Assembly: GCA_046563655.1 (NCBI GenBank)
Contig: CM102289.1
Span: 992,001 to 1,056,000 of the forward strand
DNA: 64,000 nt
Source of the DNA: Yuukianura sp. NJ FZ-2021
Lineage: Eukaryota
Direction: 5' to 3'
Made by a program: the position numbers and the translations under genes. The notes below the pieces were generated by a model, which was not told where the DNA came from, ran no database searches, and saw only the letters and a program-made list of their open reading frames with translations. Of the stretch, positions 38,563 through 51,761 are shown piece after piece. Positions within the stretch are counted from its first letter, which is position 1. Every line of letters begins with the position of its first letter.

Positions 38563-39475
38563 TGAGTTGACCAGAGAAATCTTAGTTTCCATTCGCGCAG
38601 CCTTTGTCCCTGCAGGAATTAAACCTTCGTGTTTGGCCATCGTAATGCATTTATTTATTTAAAAGTGAAATAGTATACTTGTATAGCATCAAAAAAAAAT
38701 CAAATTTTTAACTTCGAGCCGATGCTATGTACTGTATGAATTTGTTTTCAAGAAATATCACGCCATATCAAGCAACACGATTGTAAAATATTTTGCACAC
38801 AATGTCGAACTAGACAACTCTCCCTACTGACACCTCTCCTTCTCCTGGAAATCAAAAATACGAAAAAAAATGGATCCGAAACTTATTTTGTATGTCACTT
38901 TCGTCGTCTTTTCGACTGGAATTCAGTTATCGACTTGTTTTTTACTTGAACACATAAACTTGGATCCGTATTTGAGCGGAAGTTGGGCCTCATGCTACAA
39001 CCACGTGATTCTGTACTCTAATTACACCAACATCTACAGTTCTCATGCATTAACATTGGGACGGCATGGCAAAATGGCCACACCTAGGCGTTTTCACAAT
39101 AGTTCTTGTAAAATAGTGACAAATGTGGGCAATGTCACTGAATCCAGAAGTCCGGCATTCTGCCCGGCAGACATCCCTCACTACATGACGAAAAACATGA
39201 ACTGCATTGGAATCACCGCCATTTTCCCATTGACAGTACGTCAAGACGAAGAAATGTTCGACCACTTGGGTCGAAACTGGCTGTCAATGTCGTATTACAC
39301 GAGTCACCGTCATCATCTACCACCGTTTACACAGAACTATGATTGGGAGTCAGAGGCGTACCATATAGAGCCAACGCCTATGCAAATCATAACAGACTCC
39401 TGCCGATTCCACTCCATCATGAAGGCCCCAACGGACAACTATATGAAATGGAGGAACAAGAGACATTATAGCTGG

Positions 39476-42400
39476 TGTTGAATAGTCCAGTAAACTACCC
39501 GCCTACCGTCTATTTCCTGTCAGTATCCCTTAACTGGCCGGCTCTACTAATGACTGTAACTGGATTCTGGACATTTGATGTATGATTAATGAGAGCTTAT
39601 TTATTTCCAATTAAACCAATTCTTAAAAGTTACAGTTCTCTCTTCCACTTCTTATCAAGGACTCTATCTTATGACAACTCTTATAGGAATAGCGCCTAGT
39701 CAAAAAACATACAAGTTAAAATTATACACACAAAACAAGCCTTAGGCTAGACGCTTCCATATACTTAAAACTACCCGGGGAACAGAAAGATTCCCTCGTT
39801 ATCAGTCGCAGTGTTCCCCACCCCAAACCGGGTACTCTAATGTCTTGTCGCTTATACGACATTCTCCCACTTTCCGAGGACTGATAGTACCGAGGAAATC
39901 CTTCTACTCCAAAATTAAAATAACCAAAATGAAAGAAAACTTAAATACTAACTTAACACTAGTCATGCAATCAAAACTTAAACCTAAATTAAAGAAATTA
40001 AACAATGAAAGAAAACTTGAACATAAAAAGAACTTAAGCAAATAAATTATGCCAGAGACTGTACGGTTAGTTGAATGTGAAACGATCAGGCTTCTTTAGA
40101 CGACGACCACATCTTGATTGTTTGATTTCCTCTGCTGCTGTAACTTGGACAACTGGCTCGGGATCAACGTCGACATCGTCTTCAACTTCCTTCTCATTCC
40201 TCCCGGTGTCCGCACGCCTCACTGGATTAGGTACCTTCGGAATCTCATCAGATTTGACTTCCGTGGGAATCAGACGTTGTATTGGTCGGAGTAGAGTCCC
40301 AGTCTTCGTCAGTAACTTTGCCACGCGAATCTCTCCGTCCTTCCCCGGAATCAGCTCCAGAATTTTTGCCATAGGCCAGAAAATTCGCTTTTGGTTCTCG
40401 ACTTCCACAAAAACTATTTCTCCCACAACGAACTTGCGATACTTCACTTGTTTACCCCGTTGTACCAAAAGGCCGAGGTATTCCGAACGGAAACGATCTC
40501 GCAGTTCCCGAAAGAGTTGCTCGTTGTGTTTCTTCTTCTGCTTGAGGTCTGACATGGGAACTAGACTCTCTTCTGGCACCACACACTTTGGCAGGTTGTG
40601 AACGAACATTGCGGGGGTCAAGGATACAAAATCGTCCTGATCTTCAGTGATGTATGTGAGCGGCCTATGATTAACTGCAGACTCAACTTCACACAATGCA
40701 GTTTCCAACTGGACATAGGTCAACTTGCCGAATCCCAGCATTCTTCGCAACAGATTCTTCACACTACCGATGAGCCGCTCCCACCAGCCTCCCCACCACG
40801 GTGCCGAAGGTGGATTGAAAATCCACTTAATGCGATGTTGCTCAGTTTCCTTCTCCACTTTAGCCCAATTGATGGTTCCAAACAGATTCTCAGCACCTAC
40901 AAAATTTGAACCATTGTCAGTGTACACAGTACGTGGTCTTTGTTTACGTTTGCTAAATCTGACAAAGGCCAACAGAAAGTCTTCAGTTGAGAGTGACTCA
41001 GTCAATTCCAAATGAATACATCGAAAAACTGCACACGTGAATAAGACGATGTAAACTTTGCACTTGTTTCTTAGTGTTAGAGGCCCTGCCAAGTCAATTC
41101 CCGTCACTTCAAAGGCAGAGGCATCTTGAACTCTTGGTTCAGGAAGTGTTATCGGCTTGACTGCAGTTTTCTTTCCGTCAAACCGACGGCACTTAACACA
41201 CTTTTTCAAAACTTTCACTATGGCTTGTCTACCACGAATGATCCAATACTTGTCACGAATTGTGCCCATCATCAGCTGAGCTCCTCCATGAGCATTGTCC
41301 AAATGCACTCGTTCAATGATGGAATCCACAAAGTGATGATCATGTGGTAGAAGAAGTGGTGCACGGAAACAGTCTGTGTCCTTACGTAGAGTAACCTTGG
41401 TAATCACTCGTAGAAAACCGTCTTCATCTAAGTGGACTCTTAGCCCTGCAATTATGTCCGTATGCTTTGGAAACACTTCACTTTGGACGATCTTGATCAA
41501 TTTGAGCTCTGCCTTTTCCAGCTCATCAGTAGTAGGGTACAGACTCTTCTCAGATGATCTCTTTAGCAACTTGTCCACAAATCTAAAAACAAACGAACAG
41601 ACACGGAGATTAGAATGGTAATTACTTCTTCGTACGTACCACGGAGCCGTGGTTTTGCACAAGGACACGAGAGACGAGATGCCTTTTCTTCTTTCTTGAT
41701 TAACTGCTTCTTCGTCTACTTCAATTTGTTCATTAGGCCACTTTGAACAATCGAGTCTGAGCCATGATGGACCCTCCCACCATCTCGACTCGAGGTACTT
41801 GATAGGCATGATGCCCCTTGATGGCAAGTCTGCCGGGTTTTGAGTTCCGGGAATGTGGTGCCAAGTACTGACTTCTGTCGTTGAACATATCTCCTTTACC
41901 CTATTCCCAACAAAAGTCCCCCAATCGTCGCTCCTTCGGATCCACGAAAGCGCAGTGGTAGAATCCGTCCAGAAATGAGTAGCGACGTCACTTAAATTCA
42001 AAGCACTTTTCACTGTCGTAGCCAGTCGTGCGGAAATGGCACAGGAAAGTAATTCCAGACGTGGGATCGTAGGATTTTTGAGTGGAGCCACCCTTGCCCT
42101 AGATTGAACAAGATACACATTAACTTTGGTTGCAGTCTCTACTCGTAAAAATGCCACTGTAGCGTAAGCTTTCTTTGACGCGTCACCAAAAACATGAAGT
42201 TGGTATCTCCCAACGTTATTTCGCATGCTACGACTGATGTCTCTTGGTATTTGGATTTTGTCCATCACTTCTGACAGTTCACTTGACCAATTAAGAAACT
42301 GTTGTTTCAGATCGTCGGGCACCTCTTCATCCCACTGTTTGGTACAATTCCAGGCTTCTTGCAAGATCAGCTTTGGTACAATGAGTACCGGACTTAGAAA

Positions 42401-45400
42401 GCCAAGGGGATCAAAGACCTTCTGTAACGTAGATAAAACAACACGTTTAGTAACTTTCTGTGGAATTTCAGGTGAAATAGGGACACAAAACAGAGTATCA
42501 AGCCTTTTGTCCCAATTCAACCCTAAAACATTGGACACAGTTTCACCATCATATGACCCACTCCGTTCCCACTGTCGTAGCTCCATCTTGGCAGTTGACA
42601 TGACTTCAGTGGACACATCCCGGACCCTAACCAGTTCACTTTCACTTTCCACTGTAAGCACAAGATTGTCAACATACAACGAGTTTCCAATTAGTCCGAC
42701 GATTGAAGGATCAACATTTCGATTCTGATTCAAATGATGTTGAATGACTGCTCCCAACAGGAAGGGACTGCAGTTCATTCCGAATACCACTCGGTTATGT
42801 TGGTACACTTTGATTTTCTTCAGTGTTGAGTCTTCCCACCATAGGAACTGTAGAAATGAGCGGTCAGACTGGTTTACTTCAATCATTAAAAAAGCCTTCC
42901 TTATGTCAGCAACCACCCCGATTTTACCAAACCTGAAACGCAACAAAATGGACGGGATTAGCTCGATAAGGTTAGGGCCTTTTTCTAAACAGTCGTTGAG
43001 AGATGGGCTCCTGCCAACTTTACAGGAGGCGTCAAAGACAGGACGCACAGGAGTCGTAACACTGGCTTTGAATACTGGCCGATGAGGAAGGAAATGACAG
43101 GCAGCACTTTCACTGTCACTTTTCACTGTGGAAATTATTCCTTCAGCCTCCCACTCTCTAAAGATTTTATCATAGTCAGCAAATCTTCCGAGACTGACTA
43201 ATCTCTTCGTGGTGTTTTCAAGTCTCTTCTCTGCCACAGAACGATTGGACGGAAGTAATTGAGTTCCGTTGACCCACGGGAGAGAAACAGAATAACGACC
43301 CTCTTGATCTTGTGTCACAGTGTTTTGAAAATGTTCAATTGCCTGCTTCTCTTTTTCTTCTGTGGTTTTCTTTTCAATTGGATCTTGAATCCCTAAGGTA
43401 TCCAATGTCCACAACTGAGTCACACTTGTACTTGTAATCGTCATTGATAGAACAGTCATGGCCAATGTGTCACTGTTCTTAGCCATTGGACCAAACACTG
43501 TCCATCCAAATTTAGTTTCTGTGGCAGTCAACCCGTTATGTAGCCTCTGGATCTTCCCTGTCAAAATACGTCCCATGGTATCAGCGCCTAGTAGAACTTC
43601 TACTTCCATGGAATTGTTTGGATCCACATCACTTATGGTGATTCCCCGTTTCTTCAACTGATGAATCCAAGGGCCGTCTGGAATCCTCGGAACTCTGCCA
43701 CAGATGTTGTCTTGGTCTAGAAGTGACATTGAACTAACAAAATTACCACCAACATTGCCAATTTTCACTTCATAAACCGAATGACGGTTACCCACAACCT
43801 CTTTACCACCAAACAGCATGTGGTTCATTGTAACCGTTTCCTTTGCCTCTAGGCCCAAGTCCAATGCCGTCTTCTTTAAGATGTACGATTTTTGAGAGCC
43901 GCAGTCCATCAACATACGCACTGCCTTCTTACAATGAGTCACTGGGTTCTCTAACTGCACAATCAACGTACGCAGAAGTACTTCACTTGTGCAGTTTAAA
44001 CTAGAAAGCACCGTCTTTTGTTCAGTGGGCACTGACTGCTTTACAACCACATCGGGGCACAAAAGAACTGGATGTTTTCTGCCACAAATCACGCATTTTG
44101 CTTGACTACGGCACTTAGATGCTTGATGTCCAATTTTCAAGCAGCAGAAACAGGCACGCTTCTTCATCACTGCTTCCTTCCTCTGTTCCAAGGTCATCTT
44201 TTGTGCTTTGAAGCAATTCAGAGACTCGTGTTGCTTGTCACAAAACAAACAATTTCTTTTCTCTCGAGATCCACTAGCTCCACTGAACAAACCCGCTGCT
44301 GTAGGCACGTCATCTTCCTTGGGCTCACGGTGTGAAGCTTTCTTCTTATCATTCTTTTCAGCGATGAGACCAAATCCCGATCGAGCTAGTTTCCGCTGCT
44401 CTTCGTTCTCGATCTCAACTTTCAGAAAGTTCATCAAAAAATTGAGCTCTGACATCGGTGGTGTTTCTCCGCTTCCATCTTTTCCAAAATTGGGGCTCCG
44501 CTGCCATGCCAGTAACACCTCTTCAGGCAGACTGGACTCCACCATTGGGAAAAGGAACTCCACGATCTGATCCACACTGACTCCTAGTGACTCTAAAGAA
44601 CGTAGCGAGGCTTCCAACTTGTCAACTAGAGTAGCCAGTGGCGTTTTCTCTTTAGAGCGGGTGTCAAGTATTAATTTGATAAGTTCACGGACGTAGACCT
44701 GCTTCAGCAACTTATCTTTTCCAAACCTCTCCTTCAGTGCTGAAACTGCTTTTGGGTAATTTTCCGCCGATTGGGGATACCTCTTCACTACTTCTTCCGC
44801 CTTGGAACCGGAAACAGTTGATTGGAGAAGGTATGAAAACTTATCCGAGTCGTGAAGTTCCTCGTCTTCGTGAATTTTCTTGTACTGTGACCACCAGCCC
44901 AACCATTCGGTCAACTCTCCAGAGAACTTCTTAAGCTCAATTTTTGGTAGCTTCACTCTACGACGATACGTTGTTGAAGATTCGCTTTTGGATGGACTTT
45001 GTGTTAAAGCACTCCTCTTCCAGTGTTTCTGCAACTTCGCTTCAACTTTCACCTTTGTGAGTGTAGCCGTCTTCAGGAATTCACGACATTCACGACGATC
45101 TTGACTAAGTGCTCCGCTGTCAGTTTCAGACATGTCCAGCAGGAATTCCTTTATTTGTTCGTCTAGATCCGCTAAATTCTTCATTGACAATTCCAGCATC
45201 TGAAGAGAAGCAGTGACCTCTTCCTCATTGAAAGGGTCCTTAACAATCTCTTCCTCTAATGACTTCAGCAATTCAGTGACATCGTCTCGTTCTGCTCCTC
45301 TTGCCCGCTTCGCACGATCCATTGTTTGTATGCAACAAAATTAACCAAACAATACAAGATTAGCAGAGAAATCAACCGTTTACCAAGAACGATCGTCACC

Positions 45401-45919
45401 TGGCTTAGTCCCGTTCCGGTAGGGACACACCTCGACGTAATCGGTTGTTAAAATCGTCGATTAGCCCTTTGTAGTAATTCCAGTGCGTCACGTAGACTCC
45501 AACAACTCCAGTTAAGGCTCCAGGGTCACCAAATGTTGAATAGTCCAGTAAACTACCCGCCTACTGTCTATTTCCTGTCAGTATCCCTTAACTGGCCGGC
45601 TCTACTAATGACTGTAACTGGATTCTGGACATTTGATGTATGATTAATGAGAGCTTATTTATTTCCAATTAAACCAATTCTTAAAAGTTACAGTTCTCTC
45701 TTCCACTTCTTATCAAGGACTCTATCTTATGACAACTCTTATAGGAATAGCGCCTAGTCAAAAAACATACAAGTTAAAATTATACACACAAAACAAGCCT
45801 TAGGCTAGACGCTTCCATATACTTAAAACTACCCGGGGAACAGAAAGATTCCCTCGTTATCAGTCGCAGTGTTCCCCACCCCAAACCGGGTACTCTAATG
45901 TCTTGTCGCTTATACGACA
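39476..45919 (-). mobile_element. Full-length BEL/Pao LTR retrotransposon
   Basis: 386-bp TG...CA LTRs (39476-39861, 45534-45919) and 5-bp TSD GCTGG. The minus strand has a PBS-like TGGTGACCCTGGAG and a polypurine tract GTGGGAGAA next to the LTRs. Confidence 0.97.
40067..45322 (-). CDS. BEL/Pao gag-pol polyprotein (1751 aa)
   Basis: LPKIELKKFSG (DUF1759-type gag), triple Cys-His knuckles, protease LMDCGSQ, RT ADIRKAF..YVDN, RNase H HVFGDAS, and integrase H..H..C..C plus IDLAGP/TDNGSNF/GGWWERL. Confidence 0.96.
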   Translation of the reverse strand: MDRAKRARGAERDDVTELLKSLEEEIVKDPFNEEEVTASLQMLELSMKNLADLDEQIKEFLLDMSETDSGALSQDRRECREFLKTATLTKVKVEAKLQKHWKRSALTQSPSKSESSTTYRRRVKLPKIELKKFSGELTEWLGWWSQYKKIHEDEELHDSDKFSYLLQSTVSGSKAEEVVKRYPQSAENYPKAVSALKERFGKDKLLKQVYVRELIKLILDTRSKEKTPLATLVDKLEASLRSLESLGVSVDQIVEFLFPMVESSLPEEVLLAWQRSPNFGKDGSGETPPMSELNFLMNFLKVEIENEEQRKLARSGFGLIAEKNDKKKASHREPKEDDVPTAAGLFSGASGSREKRNCLFCDKQHESLNCFKAQKMTLEQRKEAVMKKRACFCCLKIGHQASKCRSQAKCVICGRKHPVLLCPDVVVKQSVPTEQKTVLSSLNCTSEVLLRTLIVQLENPVTHCKKAVRMLMDCGSQKSYILKKTALDLGLEAKETVTMNHMLFGGKEVVGNRHSVYEVKIGNVGGNFVSSMSLLDQDNICGRVPRIPDGPWIHQLKKRGITISDVDPNNSMEVEVLLGADTMGRILTGKIQRLHNGLTATETKFGWTVFGPMAKNSDTLAMTVLSMTITSTSVTQLWTLDTLGIQDPIEKKTTEEKEKQAIEHFQNTVTQDQEGRYSVSLPWVNGTQLLPSNRSVAEKRLENTTKRLVSLGRFADYDKIFREWEAEGIISTVKSDSESAACHFLPHRPVFKASVTTPVRPVFDASCKVGRSPSLNDCLEKGPNLIELIPSILLRFRFGKIGVVADIRKAFLMIEVNQSDRSFLQFLWWEDSTLKKIKVYQHNRVVFGMNCSPFLLGAVIQHHLNQNRNVDPSIVGLIGNSLYVDNLVLTVESESELVRVRDVSTEVMSTAKMELRQWERSGSYDGETVSNVLGLNWDKRLDTLFCVPISPEIPQKVTKRVVLSTLQKVFDPLGFLSPVLIVPKLILQEAWNCTKQWDEEVPDDLKQQFLNWSSELSEVMDKIQIPRDISRSMRNNVGRYQLHVFGDASKKAYATVAFLRVETATKVNVYLVQSRARVAPLKNPTIPRLELLSCAISARLATTVKSALNLSDVATHFWTDSTTALSWIRRSDDWGTFVGNRVKEICSTTEVSTWHHIPGTQNPADLPSRGIMPIKYLESRWWEGPSWLRLDCSKWPNEQIEVDEEAVNQERRKGISSLVSLCKTTAPWYVRRSNYHSNLRVCSFVFRFVDKLLKRSSEKSLYPTTDELEKAELKLIKIVQSEVFPKHTDIIAGLRVHLDEDGFLRVITKVTLRKDTDCFRAPLLLPHDHHFVDSIIERVHLDNAHGGAQLMMGTIRDKYWIIRGRQAIVKVLKKCVKCRRFDGKKTAVKPITLPEPRVQDASAFEVTGIDLAGPLTLRNKCKVYIVLFTCAVFRCIHLELTESLSTEDFLLAFVRFSKRKQRPRTVYTDNGSNFVGAENLFGTINWAKVEKETEQHRIKWIFNPPSAPWWGGWWERLIGSVKNLLRRMLGFGKLTYVQLETALCEVESAVNHRPLTYITEDQDDFVSLTPAMFVHNLPKCVVPEESLVPMSDLKQKKKHNEQLFRELRDRFRSEYLGLLVQRGKQVKYRKFVVGEIVFVEVENQKRIFWPMAKILELIPGKDGEIRVAKLLTKTGTLLRPIQRLIPTEVKSDEIPKVPNPVRRADTGRNEKEVEDDVDVDPEPVVQVTAAEEIKQSRCGRRLKKPDRFTFN

Positions 45920-48539
45920 GCTGGTACTTTACTCGGTTCGTCGTGCGAGTTGTGTACAAGGAATGCAATATGTCTTCAGTCGGTGGACAATTTGAAATAT
46001 CAGTTGGAGTTCCCGGCTTGAGCATCCCGAAATTCTTGGTTCTAAGTTCGCAGAGTCTGCCGCTGTTCATTGAATATCATTCGCTAAAGCACAAAGTTCT
46101 GAAAACATTGCCGATGCGTTTAATGAGCGAAGACAACGCACCAGCAACGATAAATTTGTTATCTGCAATTAGTCAGTTTGTCTTGCCTCCTTATAATCAA
46201 AGTGACCATCCTGATGCAGGTAAAAAATGTTTAACATATTAAGCAAGGTTTGTTGACTTTGATTTTCTTTAACAGGTTGAGTAATACTTCATGTTTTTTG
46301 ATTTTGCAAAAAAAGAGTGTCTTTCATTTCAGGGTATTGAAGAGTCATAAATTTTTTAAATTTTACATACGAATGGGTACCAATATTTTGGAGTGGTACC
46401 AAAATTGGTTTCAATTTTTTTTCATTTTTTCGTCAGCAAGCGAGATAGTAGTCAACCTGTTAAAGAAAATTAACTTTTCGTTGTGAAGGAACGCTCATAA
46501 TAAGGTCAGAAGTCAACTTTTAGTTAGCTATTCTGTTCATTCTAATATTTTTACATTAATATATTTTAACGTTGTATTAAAACTATAATTATTGTTTTAT
46601 CGAAAATGTGAAACTGTGATGAAACTTGTGGACTAAAGGTAGTATGTTTCGAATAGCACTGTGCCGGAGGAATATTTCCTATGAATGAACTTTTTAGGGA
46701 GAAAATTACGGAAAATTGAAAATAATACGTGAAAGGCTTTTAACCCTTCTCAGTTACGTTAATATTATATGAACAAGTAGACATTCAGTGAGGTCATGTT
46801 AGAAAACTAGGGAGGGGCATGGTATATACCTCCTTTATCAAAGTTCCAAGCCCACGTATAAATTTTTTTTAAAAATTCAGAAAATGAACATTTATTTAAT
46901 AATCAGAATTTAATTCAACCTAACCTGTTGAACCAAAAAGTATTTTTTTAAAACAACTCTGCATGAATCCGCAAATGTGAATGCAGTTTTTGTTCAGCAA
47001 TCAAAACAGGAATTAAAAGACATATTTTTTGTAGACATACTCTGGGTTCTCAAACACGTGTATTCACACAGCTCATGGCACGGTGACTGGACAATACCGT
47101 ATAAGTTGTACCATTTGTACGGGGCTACGTGCTACCGAGAAGGCACTTTTCTGGGAGTTGCAGACTATATTCGGCCATTTGCGGTATCCTCATGGATTTT
47201 CATGGACAATGACGTTCGCATGTATATTTTTCGCTGTATGTCCACAGTACAGGGCCGTATCTCGCCACATCCCGGTATTCATGTACTCAACATTATTAGA
47301 AGTAGGCTTCTCATTGACCTATTCATTGACCTATGTTCCTGGAATGCACGGAAAAGTACTTAACCTTTTTACCGTAATATTTCTGCTGGTGGCACTGGTG
47401 CTTACGAATGGCTACAAGGGAGTTGTAACTACTTCCCTCGCACTCCCATTTGCAAACGAAGAATTGGATTCCTTTGAAATGGCGGTTGATAGGAACTATG
47501 GATTCCTTGACAGAGAGGCTCCGATGGAATGGATGTACCAATTGTGTTGCAATCATACGGACGGCATGGGCATGATCCTGTTGCCAGACGAACAAGTACG
47601 TACAAAGGGGGGAGAAACTTGCGCAGAGTACCTTTCAGCCCGGTCACAAATTAACTGGATGGAGAAAATGAATGCGTTTGGCTTTAGAACAAAACATCGG
47701 GACTATGCTACTACGTTGTCATGGGTAGAAATTGCACAAATATCGATGGATCAAATGAAAAAAAATGGGAAAGCTGGACTAACGGCTTACACCTTACGAA
47801 TTCCGCCATGTGGAATGCAGTTTAGGCATGCCATAACGGAATGTAAGAAAGAAATTGGCATTATACACGATACAATAGATTCGTCAGTGGGCAAACTTCA
47901 CCTAGATTTTATTGCAGAATATTATTTTAAACCAATGACCCTGCAGCAACCTTACCATTTCCTGGACAAAACGATGTTTCTGAAAGGTTTGATGGCTGGG
48001 ATTTATGTTGACGTTAGTTTCTATGGATACGACCTTACAAATGGCGTAAGGCGGTTAGCTGAGTCTGGAACAATCCTTAGTCGTTTTGCTGCAATCGATT
48101 CCTTGAGAATCAAAAAGGAACAGGAAATGGTGTTTAAAATTGAGGAGCGAAATGTACATGAACCGCGGAAGTTGTGTTTGAGTTCCAGAATGACGTTGAT
48201 ATTTGTTTGCCTCCTCCTTGGTTACGTGTTGTCTCTGCTCTCTGCAACGTCAGAATCTGTTTTGATTCCCAATTACTCTATTGTTAAAAATTTCTTGCTG
48301 ACTACGAATAACCAGTTTAAAGCAAAATTCAAACTCAGAAAAAGGCAAAATATTTCGAATCCCAACTACTCTTTTGTTAAAAACTTCTTGGTGACTATAA
48401 AAAACCAGTTTAAAGCAAAATTAAAACTCAGAAAAAAGGAAGATGTTATATTTATCAACGTTAATCAGAAATCACGAGAGTATAGAATTGCAGCGACTAT
48501 TAACTGATTTTGGTTATGGAGGAAACAGCAGTGAACATC

Positions 48540-49023
48540 CGTAGCAAGTCATTGCGGCCGAACCAAAAGCGGCCAATCCAATAGCGGCCGATCAATAGGG
48601 GCCGAAAAAAATTGAAGCCGATGACAAAGCGGCCGATTCCAAAACGGCCAGTGGCAAAAGCGGCCAATGGGAAAAGCGGCCAAATTACAGGTCCAGTTAA
48701 ACTCCTAAGTTAGGTTAGGTTTAATTAACTTATTTGGATTAGGTTAGCTTTAGTTAAAATGTTCCTGTTTAGTGAGTTTTTGTTAGGTTTTCTGAGGATT
48801 ATTTAAGTTAGGTTACGTTAGGTAAGGTTAATTAATCTAATTAGTTTAGTATTTTTAGTTAAACCAATATTATTAATTGAATTGGGTTGCTTCAAAGGTG
48901 AGCTATACTTCGGCCGCTTTTCCCATTGGCCGCTTTTGCCACTGGCTGTTTTGGAATCGGCCGCTTTGTCATCGGCCTCAATTTTTTTCGGCCCCTTTTG
49001 ATCGGCCGCTATGACATGGAACC
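48540..49023. mobile_element. Mutator-like MITE with long GCGGCC-repeat arms and internal TTAGG-like repeats
   Basis: Inverted arms of about 110-140 bp. The 9-bp TSD GTGAACATC lies at 48531-48539 and 49024-49032. Confidence 0.85.
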
Positions 49024-49407
49024 GTGAACATCTCTGGATTACCCGATCTTCGCTAATGAAAATAGATCGCTGAAATGTTCAACAATTTCCGACATAATTG
49101 CCGCAACAGACGGCCAGACAAAGAGACAATGTTGATGCATAAAGTAACTTAATCTTCTGAAAACACGAACTGCCTATTAGGGAAATTTTATTTCCGTCGG
49201 TCCTCGACTGGAAGGGGCGGCCACATTAATTTAGAAAAATTAAGCACCAAGTTTTAAGAATTGTTTCCTTCAAAACATAATTTTGCACAACATTATGACT
49301 TAAATATTAGACAAAGCAGGTTAAATTTACTGATATGTGGGTGGACCAAAACAGTAGTAAATTAACCTTTGCCTTTAATGTGTGGTACTTTGTAGTAAAA
49401 ACTAGCA

Positions 49408-51761
49408 ATGGAGATAAATTTTGAAATCGTTTTTCTTCTATGTTCCCACCACTTTGTTGTTGTCAATTTAGAATCAACTCTTGAATCAATTCAAGTGACA
49501 AATCTGAATCTACTTGTAAATCAGTTTCCAAATAGTGACAATTTATTAGTACTACCTGCGGCTATAGTCACCCAGAAATCACTCAAGGATTTAAAGTTCC
49601 AGTTAAACTGTACTACGTAAACACAAAACATAATGTCAATTATGATACGTCCATAGAAACTGTGCTGTTTGATTTCCTAAATATGCACTTGGGCCAATTA
49701 GAAAACAAAGCGATTAAGCTCAGATATTTTACAGTATTTCTCCTCTTTCCCGCGCTTTGGTTTGATAAAACGGTGACTCATAGAACAGTAAATCCAAACA
49801 TTTGTTTCAAAACAGTCAAGCATTTGTCTCTTTTAAACTTTAAATTAAATGCTATAATTCATAGAATAGATTTTAAGCCGATGTTGCCTTATTTTACTGA
49901 TTCCGATTTTGTTGATTTCGGGTTTAATCCACCGGCAAATCCCGTGCTTTCCTTCCCCGTTGAAATGTTGAAGTTGAATGGAACTGATCGCAGCACAAAA
50001 ACCATTGACACGGTATTATTCGAGCAAGACTACCGTTCTATTCTTCTATTGAAACAAATTTTACCAACACGCCATTTTCCATCCCAGTGATGCAAATGAT
50101 AGAGCTGGTACGGAAACAAGCGGAACAGACTTATTTTCTGCATGTCGCACAAAATTATGTAAAAATTGAAGGAATTAAGGGAGGTTTAAATCCATTTAAG
50201 ACATTACAAATTGGACGAAACTTGTCTCTTGTGGACTATTTCCGACTACTTGTGCATGAAAACGTTGAAATTTTTGTTCCTTCGGACGTTCCAGAAAGTT
50301 TAGTAACTTCTGGACCATATCCGGATATGCTCTTGAAGTATGACATTTTTCAAGATACAATTAATTTCGAAATGGACAACTTTACAAATGGTTGGTTTGT
50401 GGTAGTAATTGGATCGCATAAGGTGAATTTTCTAACATGTGATGGTACAAGTGAAGTAGTAACGTTTGAATTTTATGTTGCACCGTACGACAAGTATTGT
50501 TGGTTTAGTGCAATTATCGGATGTTGTTTAGTTGCTTTGACTTGTACTGCATTCTACGTCAAATATTCCATTAGTATAAACGGTAAAAAAATTTATGTTG
50601 TACTGGATGAACTTTTTGTTTGTGACTACGCTTACTTTACTTGACGTTTATCAAAAACTTCCGAAACAACAAAGCGGGAAATACAATACAAAGTTGGTGA
50701 TAGGTATCTGGGTTCTTATGTTGGCCGTTTTGACAAGCGGTTACAAAGGTGTTGTAGTCTCATTTCTAGTGTCTCAGCTACCCATTAGTCAAACATACTT
50801 TACCGCTAAACAGTTGCAAGATTTTGTTATTCTTCAAGATTCTGATACATATCGACGTTATTTTATAGATTATCAGATGTTATTTAACTACTCGACAGTT
50901 TACATCAACATTTCGGACCTTGAAACTCAAATTGTTAGTGATTGTGTCCCACTTCCACATGACTCTTCTCCGTTCGTTCAGTTTGACGCATTAGGCAACT
51001 TGGCACTTCAACAAATGGTCCACAGTAATACAAACCGTGCAACGTGCCGAACTATGTCTGAAGTGTATATAATGACAAACTTATATTTATCTGCAGTACT
51101 ATTTTGCGACAGTTATGAGATCGTGAAAAAAAAAGATACAACTTCAGACAAAGCAAAAATGAATGGTATTATTGTACATTCTGTTTTACCAAACAACTTT
51201 ATTGTTGCACATATTGTTCCATTTGTTGAAAATTTCTTCTACGAATCTGATATGAAATTTGTGGTTACAAAATTAGCCCAAATGCTTTCCCCTTGTACAA
51301 AAATGGCTTTAATGGGCCTAGAGACTAACTTGGATCTGTTTTTAGCCAACTATGAAAATATGCAAAACTCAAAATCCAAAGACCAAATAGTACATGTTCC
51401 CAGTACTCTTAAGTTTAGAAAAGGAAATGAGACCATTGCTGAAATGTGGACAGGGTACAGCATTGATAAGGAATATGTGTATACAAAAATTCAAAAACTT
51501 TTGGCGGGCGGGATTTTTCAGCTTTGGGAGAAATGGCAACCAGTGCGGAATCCAACAGCTCGGGATAAGATTATGAAAGAGAATGTGAAAACTAAGAGGC
51601 TGATGGCTCTGCCTTCAAAACTAAATTTAAATGGTAATATTATTACATCTTTCTATTTACTTTTCGCAGGAGTGTGCCTTTGTGTTGTAATTTTTCTTTA
51701 TGAGGTAAAATATTTGGTTTCCAAATATAGGAGAAACTTTGCTAAACGTTCTGCCGTTTAG
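49408..51761 (+). pseudogene. IR-like type B copy 3 with three frameshifts (about 49560, 50045, 50585)
   Basis: Four consecutive ORF pieces align colinearly to B1, B2 and B5. Confidence 0.85.

Larger units (their letters stand above)
38870..48507 (+). pseudogene. IR-like type A copy 2, disrupted by an LTR retrotransposon and a frameshift near 47200; exons 38870-39475 plus 45925-46219, and 47035-48507
   Basis: Paralogous to A1 and A3. Removing the element restores NKRHYSWYFTRFVVRVVYKEC. Exon 2 has a small deletion after AVSSW and a duplicated C-terminal segment. Confidence 0.85.

Noticed and set aside
40071..45104. Plus-strand ORFs within the retrotransposon; possible env
   Set aside because: They are antisense shadows of gag-pol. 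Only about 200 bp lie between the pol stop and the LTR, so there is no room for env.
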